This document shows positions 1 to 11,534 of a DNA stretch of 64,000 nucleotides, one piece after another. The position numbers and the translations under genes were made by a program. Under the pieces are notes generated by a model. The model saw nothing but the letters and a program-made list of their open reading frames with translations, ran no database searches and was not told the DNA's origin. The stretch comes from Octopus bimaculoides. Its lineage: Eukaryota. The stretch is from the NCBI RefSeq assembly GCF_001194135.2, contig NC_068995.1, positions 56,210,166-56,274,165 of the forward strand, written 5' to 3'. Position 1 is the first letter of the stretch. Every line of letters starts with the position of its first letter.

Positions 1-600
1 ATTCAATGTTGGTGCTAGACTTTGGTTCCTACATTCTTACGAGCGTAGCCCTAGAGCAGATTTATAACATAGCATTTATCAGTGGAAGACAGCAAAAACA
101 CAACTTCTGCTGCAACTAGCAGACACAGAAACATTGCCATTGTAAAGATTGCTCGCTTCAAATACCAGCAGCTTGCTTATTGTACTGTTTTGTTAGTGAT
201 AACCGTTAGCAAAATCACACCATGAACAAGATTGGCGGCAATTTAAAGATGTCCCAGAATGTCTTTATTTAGTGACATGTCAGAGTTGTTGGTTTAAGAA
301 GAGAGAAAGTAATACTAGCAGGTGTTTAATCAAAATAAAGATTTTGGTTCTGTTTTTGCAGCTAATGCGTCTATATCTCATAGAAGAGACAAACAAGATA
401 TTTCCTTGTTTTCTTTGCCACAGTTGCTTATTACTGAAATAGTAACACGGAACAATACCAGATCGTAGAAAGGATAGTTGCAAAGAAAATAATGGAAGCA
501 AACTTTGAAATTAATCGTTATTAAATGGTAGTGACGGATCTACTTCGCTGCCAATTTCATTATAAAACCGAGACAATTGCTTTGTGAAGAAGGAATTCAT
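1..600 (+). mobile_element. Possible highly degenerate hAT (Charlie/ZBED5/GTF2IRD2-like) transposase relic
   Basis: The frame from 221 reads HEQDWRQFKDVPECLYLVTCQSCWFKKRESNTSRCLIKIKILVLFL, loosely like the hAT segment RQF...LLYH.EVRWLSRG..L.RF..L..EI..FL. Many stops and frameshifts; no TIR seen. Confidence 0.3.
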
Positions 601-617
601 GTGTTCAATTTAGACTT

Positions 618-855
618 GAGTCATTCCTGGTTTTCCGTCATTAACAACAATGAATGTTCCAGTTGACATGACCAATGGAACAACCTGCTCATGAAACTAA
701 TGTGCAAGTGGCTGAGTACTCCCCAGACACAGGTATTTTTTCCAGTTGAGTGAACTGGAGGAATGAAAAAGAAAGTGTCTTGCTCAAGGACACATAGTGC
801 CACTGGGAATCAAACTCACAACCTTGTGACCATGAGTTAAATACTCCTAACCACA
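618..855. mobile_element. Composite SINE fragments: a + strand body fragment plus a minus-strand tRNA-like SINE head
   Basis: 620-735 resembles 2910-3000 (ccagttga..aacagcctgctcatgaaattaacgtgcaag). The reverse complement of 735-855 gives gtggttaggagtatttaactc..gagtttgattccc, a Pol III A/B-box-like head. Confidence 0.65.
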
Positions 856-1057
856 TCAGTTTTGTCTTAAAAGTAGTCAGTTCACCAAACAACAGAAATT
901 GCTTTCATATTTCTTGTTTACAAAGCATTAAGGAAGAGATATTTACCAAGATGAACAAAGGTTGTCGTACTTAGAGTAGAATATGAGAGTATTAACCAAA
1001 ATACAACTTAAACCAAAACATGTTAAACATGCTTCCATGTATCAATGTATCTATCTA

Positions 1058-1097
<40 letters not shown>

Positions 1098-1679
1098 TAT
1101 GGAAAATTGAAGCAGAACAGCAATAGAAGACATTCCTCTATTTGTGATCAACAATCACTACATCACTACCACCAGCACAAAAATACACTTCAGTGAATTC
1201 ATTTAAGAAAAAAACCAGCCCAGCACTTTCTAAAAAAAGATGCTATGTTTCCAAAACCAATTTTGTGTTTGTTTATTTGATGCTATGTATACTGTAAAAG
1301 GTGAAAACTTCTTATACCGCAAGAACTTTTTCAGTCATATAATAACAGACTATTTCCATTTTAAATCTCATGATAACAAATGCTTCTTCTCTATATAATC
1401 TTCCCATTACAAGCATTATTCTAGAAAAAAAATTATTTCTAATTTCTTGTTTTAATCCATTAGACTTTCCTGATGGTAAAAAAAAAAGACATAAATAGAT
1501 AAGTATATAAAAAAACACAAAGGGCCATAACCCACAATACCTTTACAAGACTGATTCTGTTGGTTATAGCAGACAATATCTATTCACCAGAAAAGAGCCA
1601 TTATTCTGATTTTATGCATACCATTTTATAATTATCGTGTTTTCAATGTATACACATACAATGTGTGAATGTGTGTGTA

Positions 1680-1739
<60 letters not shown>

Positions 1740-2634
1740 TACATGCATATATGTGTATATATACATACACACACATATATTTGCATATATATATATATAT
1801 ATACCCCACATACACAAGTATATATGTATGCACACAGAATGCGCATGTACTCCTAGACACACACACATTAATAAAAGTGAAAGAGTAGTTTTGTTTGTGC
1901 ATGACTCTTTTAACCTCCTCAATATGAAGAACAAAATGCATTTTCCCCCCTGCTTCAATAAATTATGCAATAAAATCACAGCAGCAGCAGCAACAGCAAC
2001 AGCAGCAGCTAGTGAATGTCTTAAAAGAACTACTTGTAGACAGTGAGAATTGGCAGTAGAGTTCCGATATCCTGCACCATCGTTATGGAATCTAATTGGA
2101 ACAGTAAGTGCTACCACAACACCACATGAAGATGTAAATGTAAAAAGAGGAGAAATCAATTGAGCGTTTTATAGCTTTAACATCAACAAGAAAATTTAAT
2201 TCAGCTTCGTTAACAGGACAAAATGAGTAAAAATATGAATTAGATTATAAATGAATAACTATTTTTTTTGCTTCTGAACAAGCAGTATAAGGGAAGTTTA
2301 CTGGGTTTATGTATATACATGTATATATAATATATACATACACATATCATACATATATATATGATGAAGATATATATATTGGGGAAAAAATGGGATTTAA
2401 AAATCCAGGCAGATATCAATAAAGCACTCAGTTTTAAACGAATTTGGTTAAGTTTGAATTTAATTAATTTTGTGTTAAAGTTTGTTTTTTTTTGAAATAT
2501 TAATTTCAATGATATTATCTATATCTAAATATGTTAATAAAACAGAAGCAGTTGCTGGTTTTGTAAAGGGAATTCTACAGTTATGTATGCATGTATGTAT
2601 ATATGTATGTACAAGTGTATGTGTGTGTGTGTAT

Positions 2635-2905
2635 CGCCTTGACTGGCTTCCGTGCTGGTGGCACGTAAAAAGCACCAACTGATTGTGGTCACTGCCAGCC
2701 TCCTCTAGCCCCTGTGCCAGTGGCATGTAAAAAGCACCCATTACACTCCCGAAGTGGTTGGCGTTAGGAAGGGCATCCAGCTGTAGAAACATTGCCAGAT
2801 CAGATTGGAGCCTGGTGCAGCCTCTTGGCTTCCCAGACCCCAGTTGAACTATCCAACCCATGCCAGCATGGAAAGTGGACGTTAAATGATGGTAATGATG
2901 ATGAT
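2635..2905 (+). mobile_element. RTE-derived non-autonomous element / SINE tail (called family C here) ending in (GAT)n
   Basis: Reads tggcacgtaaaaagcacc..gggcatccagctgtagaaac..cccatgccagcatggaaagtggacgttaaatgatg. Multiple diverged copies occur elsewhere in the window. Confidence 0.8.
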
Positions 2906-3089
2906 ATACTATGGCACCCCATCGGTTATGATGACAAGGGTTCCAGTTGATTCAATCAACGTAACAGCCTGCTCATGAAATTAACGTGCAAGCAGCTGAG
3001 CCATGCAGTAGAATGAAACCAAGGCGCTCCTGATAGCAAAACAAACTTCTTAACCACACAGGCCAAACCTGTCTCCATAGAACCAGTCT

Positions 3090-4020
3090 GACATTCTCTG
3101 CACACTGTAGTCTATCAATTTACAAGTTCATTTCCAATAAGTTTAGTACACCAACATTGAATAAATATTTTTGTCTGCTTTTCAATTTTATAGAAAGCTA
3201 AATGGAGAAGAATTAGTTTGAAGCTTAAATATGGCACAGTATGGTTCAACAGACTGAATCAAAATTTGGCACCTCATCCACTAAACTATTTCAAATCCTC
3301 CCTCCCTTCCTCTTCATAATTGTTTTAATTACCATTTACCATACTGGCATGGGTTTGACAAGTCTGCAGTTTTACATTATCACAACTTCTTTTGCACTGT
3401 AATCATCTTGAATGTGCACCCTAACTCTCTGAGATTTAACTTCATCATTTCTCACACACATAATACTTTCCTGGTTGTAATTTGGTCCAGTTCAAGCTCG
3501 TTAAGTATTAACTATTTGGTTCTACTCAATCTCTTATTCAGTAGATTCTGAAATTTTTCTTATTCTGACATTTTCTAAATCAACTCACTTTTGTATTTTA
3601 TATCAAGCAATTAAACACATCGGATTCATGTTTTCCATCAATTCTTACCATGTTTTCTTGTTATCATTTTAACTTGTTCAGAAAGCCCCCGACATTCCAA
3701 TTCTGAAGTTAAAGTGTGTTGAAGACCTGAACAGATGCTTGCAGTTGGCCATCTCTTGGGAAGGTCTAACACTTCTTAGTTTTGCCAACTGTCAATCAAT
3801 CCCCAATTTATATATAATGGAATTCCCAGTTTGACGAAAATTCTATATAGTTTTTGTAACAAGTAATTTCATCTTTATATAAGCTTCAATCAGATTCAGT
3901 GTTTTCCTTCTTTGTGTTACCAGATTTCCAAACCATTTCAGCGCTGTAGGTGTTATGTTGTCAACTAATAGTTTTCTAAGCTAGAGAGTGAGGCAACACA
4001 TTCTATTTGTCGAGATACAT
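3090..4020 (-). mobile_element. Degenerate LINE apurinic-endonuclease region (start of ORF2)
   Basis: The minus strand at 3707-3670 reads LQNWNVGGFLNKLK, followed by EL...NP(D)V..L. This matches the W-N-x-x-G and PD(I/V)..LQET motifs at the start of APE-type LINE endonucleases. Many stops and frameshifts. Confidence 0.45.
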
Positions 4021-5022
4021 GGCTCTCTTTACTAGCATTTATTTTATTTTCTTTCTTTGTCATGTTTCATTTTCAACATATCAAATAACCTAGTTTTTCT
4101 ATTCCACCTGTGGTATGGCAAATAGCAAATTAGTTTATTATTTTTCTTCAGATTGTATTACATTTTCTGACTAAATTCTAATAGCCTAATCTCTTTTCCC
4201 ATTTTAATCCCCTACCCAAGACTTTTATATAAGCTAGGACATGGAAAAAAAAGATTGTTTTCCATTGGGTGGTCATTAAAGTTTTATTTTTGTTTTTCTT
4301 TTCGTTTTTTTTTTTTAGCAAGATTAATCATGTTTTCATCCTGTTTCATCAGCCACAGTCAACCTTGCATGAATCATACACACATTTCTTTTGAAAGTTA
4401 ATCATCCAACCCAGTCTCTTAAAATATATGCAGATCAAAATCAACAAAAAATAACCATAGCCATCACTGTCACCACCACCACCAACATTTAATGCCTGCT
4501 TGCCCACTTTACCATGCTTGCATGGGTCAGAAGAAGATTATTCTGGTAGATTTTCTAGAGCCTGATGCTCTTCCTGTCACCAACTCTTACCTGTTTCCTA
4601 GCAAAATGATATTTACCCATGATAAAGCCACCAAAGGTAGACACATCAAAGAGAAGTGCTCATATATGGAACTGACAATCAAGATGTTAGAAAACAGATG
4701 TCTTGGCTGCTACTGGGCCTCAGGTTAGAGAGACAATGAGGAACAGAGTATTCTCTTGCCTCTGATACGAAGCAATTCTTATCTACTATTAACTCCATTT
4801 ACTACTGAGAGACCACAATACAGCCCTGGCAAGCAGCTGTACAATTATGTAAATAGTGTGATGCACATATGTATAAATACATGCTTATCAAATGCCATTC
4901 GGTGTTGGTTTTAATATGGGACAGCACACAACCTAAACATCATACCAATTAATCAAGACTCATTCAAGCCAGTCCAACAATATATCTTCTTACAGTAACA
5001 GACGTGGATACACACACACACA

Positions 5023-5164
5023 CAGAAATCTCTAATCATTGCGTATCAAATATTGAACGATCAGGCTAGTACAGAACCAAGAGCATAACATCTCTCAATT
5101 GAACTAAACTACCAACTGTATCAACATTTTGTTTAAAGCTTCAAGATGCACAGACTTTTGAAAG

Positions 5165-5195
<31 letters not shown>

Positions 5196-6342
5196 GCAGC
5201 AGCACTAGTGACAGCAGTATTGTATTAATGTCTACTTTTCCATGCTCCCATGGTGCCAGAAGAGAATATATCAGAGCAGAATTTCCTGCAGTTGGATTTT
5301 TACAGTTTTATCGAGAAGATACCTGTCCAAGGTGTGTTGCAGTGGAACTAAACCAGAAACCATGTAGTTGCTGCACTACACAGACATTCCTCCACCTTTT
5401 CTTTTCTTTTCTGCCCACCCAGCCAACCTTTTCTCTCTCTCTATCTATCTATCTATTTGCATGTGTGTGTGTGTCTTTGTGCTTTGGTTTGTACCACTCT
5501 TCCCCAAATGCTTGACAACTGGTGTTATTTTGTTTTGTCCCCATAACTTAGCGGTTTGATAAAAGTGGCCGATAGAATAAGAGACTGAACAAAAAAAAAG
5601 TACTGGGGGGGGGGGTCGATTTGCTCAACTAAACTCTTCAAGGTGGTGCCCCAGCATGACCACAGTCCAATGATCGAAACAAACAAAAGATAAAAGACAA
5701 AATGAGAGTAAGTGAATTTGTTTGTTTGTACATGTTGTTCATGGCGCTGGCAAATTATAACTGGTTGCAACATCAAGTGCACCAAATGCTACAGCTGACA
5801 ATGAAACAGGACTGAAAACCAGTTTAACAGCAAAGCAGACTAAAGAAGTAAGTTGAATAGTTTGCTTTACCTAAAATATAACCACACAAGGTTTACAATG
5901 TAGTGAGTTAAACTGTGGAAAAATGTCATTGAGAATTCGAACTCTTCAAGCCAGGGAACATCTTGGATATTGATTCAATTCTTAACAATATCCGTTCAAC
6001 ATTCAAACGTTTACCTATTGATTTATTTAATTTCATGGTTGACCACACTCCTTGATTTGTTTCAACAATCATGTTTGGCTATTTCCAAAAACTCTATGGT
6101 AAATATTTTCAATGTGGGTTTTGTATAATTTTGTTATAGAAAATAATTAATAAAAATAAAAAACAGAAAGAAAATAATACATCTTGCAAAAGTTTGTGAA
6201 TCTTGAAGTTCTAAAATAAAGAACAAAATGTTAACACAACCTAACACAATTGGTAGTTAAGTTGAAATGAGAAATGTTATGTTCTTGGTTCAATACCAAT
6301 CTAGTCATTCAACATTTGGTGAGCTAAGAATAGAGACTTCTG
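5023..6342. repeat. Diverged inverted repeat: arms 5023-5166 and 6181-6342, about 1 kb spacer
   Basis: The reverse complement of the left arm (atctttcaaaagtctgtgcatcttgaagc..aacaaaatgttgatacagttggtagtttagttcaattgagagatgttatgctcttggttc..agagatttctg) aligns with the right arm (atcttgcaaaagtttgtgaatcttgaagt..aacaaaatgttaacac..ttggtagttaagttgaaatgagaaatgttatgttcttggttc..agagacttctg). Confidence 0.8.
5465..5705 (+). mobile_element. 3' half of the tRNA-derived SINE (family A/B tail)
   Basis: Reads cttgacaactggtgtt..gtaacttagcggtt..ggggtcgatttgctcaactaaa..ggtgccccagcatgaccacagtc..gaaacaaacaaaagataaaaga. The same tail occurs at 27390-27505 and 41880-42115. Confidence 0.75.
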
Positions 6343-6448
6343 ATATAAGTACAAATAACCAAACCTACTTAATCAGTTCATCAATAAAGGAAGTACTGGC
6401 AGAGAGAGAGTGGGGGGGATGGGGAGGGAGAGAATGAGTGCAGAGGAG

Positions 6449-6524
<76 letters not shown>

Positions 6525-6869
6525 GAAGAGAGGGATAGAATAAGTGCAAAGAAGAGAGAGAGAGAAGCTTGGCAGGCAGTAATATCTTCTTTCATGGCTA
6601 ACACTGTCACATGACACATGTGTGACCAGCCATTAAATAAGATCTATGCCTTCCTCTAGCCAACAGCTCTATTACAGGGATTACCAGTCAGATTATATCA
6701 CAATGAAAATAATTTAATTTGCTGATGGCTGATCTTGATTGCAGGGGAAAGACACAGGAATAAATAGACAGAAATACTACACAGAAGCCAGTCGTCGTTC
6801 CCTTGGCCTGCTGCTCTTTTTATTCTCCACCTAGTTTCCAGCATGTATCCACTTTTATCTTTATTCACA

Positions 6870-6951
<82 letters not shown>

Positions 6952-6955
6952 ATAC

Positions 6956-6991
<36 letters not shown>

Positions 6992-8147
6992 GCTGTACTG
7001 GCAAGCTTTATTCTCTTTATATTAAATGCTAAACATACAATATTAACTGAGTAACGAAACTGGTTGGTGTATAAATCAGCTTTTTTTTCCCTTATCTTTT
7101 TACACATAACAACACCAATGATCATGTCACTGATGATGATGATGCTGATGATGTTAGTGATGACGCTGAAGAAGAAACAATGAAGAAGAGACAAAGAATA
7201 AGGATGTTCTTGTTTGTGAAACAAAAAGGGGTTTTTCCACACACGCACACACACACACAAATGTGTGCACACATCAGTCACAGGCCATGCAGCAGCAGGA
7301 GAGCATTTGATGTATCAATGACTTTAGTCTTTAAGCTTCAATCATTGCACTAAGTGTGGACTAACAAAAATGAGGGAAAAAAAGAATCATAAAAACGAAG
7401 ACAATCACATCAAAATACATATAAAAAAAAACCTGAAAAAAAAAACAGAAAGAGTCTTGCGAAATTAATGGTATCATACATTAATGAAACAGCAGAGAAA
7501 CAGTATTTGTGTAGTTAAGGTGATGAAGTCATTACCAAATGGCCATGACTTTTGCAGTTTTTTTTTTATTATTTATTCTTCTTTTTTTCTTTTACCTTTT
7601 TTTCTGCTAGTATTGTGGCTTGTGCTATGCAAGGAGACAGAATAGCCAACTTGCTACGGTTAACGTTAACGTGTGAAAGATAGGTGCAAACTCTCACTAC
7701 ACAGATGAGTGATTAATGTCAGAAATAACACAGGAATATGAACGGCATAACTATTGCAGCAGTAATTTACGGACAAAATCAAAGAATAAAAAGAATATGA
7801 ACTGGAGATGAAAGCTATACAAACATATACATGTACGTACATTAATATAAATATATATGTGTGTGTATATATGGACACATATTTAATAGTACAAATATAT
7901 AGTCCCAAGTGAGCGTAACTTCTTTTAGATAGAATAGTCAAGGTTATAATAAATATATGACTATTTACGTTATTTACTCTTGTACAAAATTTGATAATGC
8001 AGAAAAGATATGGAAGCAAAATATTGAATGGTTTCCCTTTCACAAAACTTGAACAAAGACAATTAACATTTTAACCCTTTAGTTCTTGCCCTGGGTTCAA
8101 TGATATAAAAATACTAGTCTTTTGGAAATGTTCATATGTAAATAGGA

Positions 8148-8292
8148 GCAGGCATGGCTGTGTGCTTAAGAAACTTGGTTTGCAACTGTGAGGTATCAGG
8201 TTCAATCCTCCTGTGCAGACCTTGAGTATATGCCTTCTACTAGAACCCCAGCCTGACCAGTGCCTTGTGAGTGAATTTGGTAGATAGAAATC
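8148..8292 (+). mobile_element. tRNA-derived SINE head (family A)
   Basis: Reads ggcatggctgtgtgcttaagaa..ggttcaatcc (A/B-box-like)..gccttgtgagtgaatttggtagatagaaa; multi-copy in the window. Confidence 0.75.
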
Positions 8293-8790
8293 AAAGTGTA
8301 CAGTATTACATATCCACTATGGCCTGTCTTACCATTTGGTTTTGCACTGGATACTAAACGAGATGTTAGATAACAGTTCAGTTATGTCACACCATACACT
8401 TGTCAGAGCTGGCACGTATGGGGGAGAATATGTGGTTACTGGTCCCAGTTATGGGAATTGGAGAAAAGCACATCCAGTTCGTGAGTATTGTTATCTATCA
8501 TCTGGTTCGATCCCCAGGTAGGAGTATATGTATGTGTGTGTGCGTGTAGATGTGTGTATGTGTGGAAGTTGCCAACAGGCAGCCATGGAAATTGAACTTG
8601 TACTCCTCAGTTAATGGTAGAACTGGGTGCTCTATCATTAAGCTAAACAGCCCCTGACAACAACTGCCATCAATTTTGATGCTAAATAATAGCTTTTCAA
8701 ATGTGACAACATTTTATAAACAAACTTTGGAAGCGTTGAGTGTAATTTAGTATTTTACAGACAAGAAAGTCATGCATACATACACACATC

Positions 8791-8944
8791 ATGGGATTCT
8801 TTCAGTTTCTGTCTACCAAATTCACTTACACGGTTCTGATTGGTCTGGGTTTATAGAAGAAGACACCTACACAAGGTGCCAAGTAGTGGGACTGAACCCC
8901 AAACTATATGGTCGCAAAGCAAACTTCTCAAGCCCATGGCCATA
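8791..8944 (-). mobile_element. tRNA-derived SINE head (family A), about 50 nt from the WDR4 exon donor
   Basis: Reads ttctttcagtttctgtctaccaaattcac..gggactgaacccc, the reverse complement of family A. Confidence 0.75.
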
Positions 8945-8993
8945 ATTGTACTTATATGATTGGGCAATGTTTTATCAGAAGAATGATACTTAC

Positions 8994-9106
8994 TCAGTAT
9001 GGCCAAGACAATAGGAATGAATGTTGTAAGCATTTGGGAAGTGAGAGACACGTATCTTTTCATCTCTGTCACAAGATACGAGATATCTATCATCAGCAGT
9101 CAGTTT
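8994..9106 (-). CDS. WDR4: Internal coding exon of WD repeat-containing protein 4 (Trm82/wuho, non-catalytic subunit of the METTL1 tRNA m7G46 methyltransferase); equivalent to human exon 5
   Basis: Acceptor ttttctaattctttcttgcag|AAA and donor GA|gtaagt. The 113-nt exon (phase 0 to 2) encodes [37 protein letters not shown](E), matching the WDR4/Trm82 signature [22 protein letters not shown]. From memory, human exon 5 has the same length and phases. Confidence 0.92.
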
Positions 9107-9194
9107 CTGCAAGAAAGAATTAGAAAACACATCGCTGAGAGTTTGGCAAAATAGAGCCAACATGATAATAACCAATGATAATCATAATAACAGT

Positions 9195-9390
9195 TTCAAA
9201 CTTTGGGTACGGGACCAGCAGTTTTCGAGGAGAGGGGGCATCGACCCCAGTACTTCACTGGTACTGATTTTATCTATCTCGAAAGGTTGATAGGCAGAGT
9301 CAACCTCAGTGGAGTTTGAACTCAGAATATAAAGATGGAATAATGATGCTAAGCATTTTGTCTCGTGTGTTTACAGTTCACCACATTAAT
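9195..9390 (+). mobile_element. SINE-like repeat family F (core: tcgaccccag..ggtact..tttatc..gaaagg..aaagtcgacc..gaatttgaactc)
   Basis: Related copies at 26030-26240, 28790-28880, 29135-29290, 36600-36812 (minus), 50125-50250 and 58030-58245. Confidence 0.75.
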
Positions 9391-9423
9391 AGTAAATAAT
9401 AATAAGAAGAAGAAGAAGAAGAA

Positions 9424-9838
9424 GATCATGTTGAAAAAAAATGCTTTCTAATTGATGTATCAACACCAGCAGATGACAATGTTTCCCTAAAAGAAATGGA
9501 AAAACTTTCAAAATACAAAGACCTGGAAATAGAGGTAACTCGAATGTGGAATCTAAAAACAGAAACAATTCCTATCATAGTAGGTGCCTTAGGTATAATA
9601 AAAAAATATTCAGACAAATACATAACAAAAACACCAGGACTTACAAATATATATAACATACAGAAAATTGCACTACTGGGCACTGCACACATCCTACGCA
9701 AAACACTTTCAATACAGTAACCATAAGAACATCACAGCAAACCACAGCACATACCCAAGGCACACAGAGCTGTGCTCGGTAGTGAAGTGAAAGCACGTTA
9801 TAAAAATAAAACTACTGAACAATAATAATAATAATAAT
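9424..9838 (+). mobile_element. 5'-truncated R4/Dong-type non-LTR retrotransposon: C-terminal REL endonuclease, 3' UTR and (AAT)n
   Basis: The open frame 9424-9720 reads DHVEKKCFLIDVSTPADDNVSLKEMEKLSKYKDLEIEVTRMWNLKTETIPIIVGALGIIKKYSDKYITKTPGLTNIYNIQKIALLGTAHILRKTLSIQ*. It carries the ID..P, EK..KY.DL and IVGALG motifs of restriction-like endonuclease elements and is flanked by (AAT)n/(AAG)n. Confidence 0.88.
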
Positions 9839-10663
9839 TCTATCCAATTTTTGGCACAAGGCAATATATATATATATATATATTCACACTCACACTTGAT
9901 ATATTGAAAAGGAGACACAGGTTGCATTATATGAACCAAGTGGTAAGAAGAGAAAAGAGGAAAACATGGAAAAAAAAAAAAAAAGAATCTACTCACTGCT
10001 TTAAAGGAATCACTTGAAGAAGTTGGGAGGTTTAAAAATTTCAGCTGAATTAGTTTCAGATTAGAATTAACCAGCGTGAAAAATGGACTTTAGATGATGA
10101 TGACGATCTTACATATATACATACATACATATAGTGTATGTAGATAGAAAGCTATATGTGTGTGCATGTACGTGTCTATATAAATACATAAATACAGAGA
10201 GAGAGAGTGTGTGAGCAATTGCTACAGCGTATGTATATGCAATGTTGCATTGTGGTCACTTTAAGGTTAAACATTGTGCAATAAGGCTTATTATCAACTA
10301 TCAAATAGCTGTTAATTACAATAACCTTGTGAACTCATTTAGGTACACTCACAGCAATATAATCTGCAAAGTACCATTAGTGACAGCGTTCGCTTACAGT
10401 GTTTAGCCATCTGGCTATTATAGACACTTGAGTAATTACCTCAACTGGAAATGTACATGATGAAAAGGAAGACCATACCTATACAAACCAATAGTAATTT
10501 ACTCACGGACACACAGACAGACAGACACTACATATGTCTCTAAATACTTTTATACACATTCGTTTGAGTGTCTGTGTGTGCATATACAGTTGTGTGCATG
10601 TGTATGTGTGTATCTATATATTCATTTATTCGCACATGCTTTCATATACATACATTTAGATGC

Positions 10664-10699
<36 letters not shown>

Positions 10700-10702
<3 letters not shown>

Positions 10703-10830
10703 TCATTTAACGTACATTGTCCATGCTGGAAGGCTGCACCAGACTCCAGTCTGATTTGGCATGGTTTTCTATGGCTGGATGCCCTTCCTAATGCCGACCA
10801 CTCTGAGAGTGTAATGGGTGCTGCCCTGGA
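10700..10830 (-). mobile_element. Family C (RTE-tail) fragment
   Basis: Reads catcatttaacgtac..ccatgctgg..gctgcaccagactccagtctgatttggc..ggatgcccttcctaatgcc. Confidence 0.75.
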
Positions 10831-10892
10831 TCAAGAGGATGGTTGCTGGAAGACTCTAGGTCTGGCAACAGGACTCTGCACCACTCCTGCAC

Positions 10893-10923
<31 letters not shown>

Positions 10924-10948
10924 GGTGCAGGAGTGGCTGTGTGGTAAG

Positions 10949-11478
10949 NNNNNNNNNNNNNNNNNNNNNNNNNNNNNNNNNNNNNNNNNNNNNNNNNNNN
11001 NNNNNNNNNNNNNNNNNNNNNNNNNNNNNNNNNNNNNNNNNNNNNNNNNNNNNNNNNNNNNNNNNNNNNNNNNNNNNNNNNNNNNNNNNNNNNNNNNNNN
11101 NNNNNNNNNNNNNNNNNNNNNNNNNNNNNNNNNNNNNNNNNNNNNNNNNNNNNNNNNNNNNNNNNNNNNNNNNNNNNNNNNNNNNNNNNNNNNNNNNNNN
11201 NNNNNNNNNNNNNNNNNNNNNNNNNNNNNNNNNNNNNNNNNNNNNNNNNNNNNNNNNNNNNNNNNNNNNNNNNNNNNNNNNNNNNNNNNNNNNNNNNNNN
11301 NNNNNNNNNNNNNNNNNNNNNNNNNNNNNNNNNNNNNNNNNNNNNNNNNNNNNNNNNNNNNNNNNNNNNNNNNNNNNNNNNNNNNNNNNNNNNNNNNNNN
11401 NNNNNNNNNNNNNNNNNNNNNNNNNNNNNNNNNNNNNNNNNNNNNNNNNNNNNNNNNNNNNNNNNNNNNNNNNNNNNN
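10949..11478. other. Assembly gap (N). Other gaps: 12985-13331, 19515-19616, 21322-21331, 22715-23353, 31987-32353, 44302-45272, 54960-55022, 58838-58915, 63891-63982
   Basis: N runs, mostly flanked by microsatellites, SINEs or palindromes. Confidence 1.
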
Positions 11479-11534
11479 TAGAACAAACAACAAATTTAAA
11501 GTCATCCAACTTATATATCACATCTCGAACATTT

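Noticed and set aside
1318-1420. Minus-strand exon-like segment (acceptor aataatttttttttctag, donor GCG|gtataa, 103 nt, phase 2 to 0) that would splice in frame after the WDR4 exon
   Set aside because: The peptide IMLVMGRLYREEAFVIMRFKMEIVCYYMTEKVLA has no resemblance to the expected WDR4 continuation (FVS..L....LLSxSG) and the donor is weak. Not accepted as WDR4 without RNA evidence.
1612-2159. Overlapping long ORFs here and the many similar YIYI/HTHT/CVCV/LSLS ORFs in the track
   Set aside because: Products of (TA)n, (CA)n and (GA)n microsatellites, which lack stop codons in several frames.
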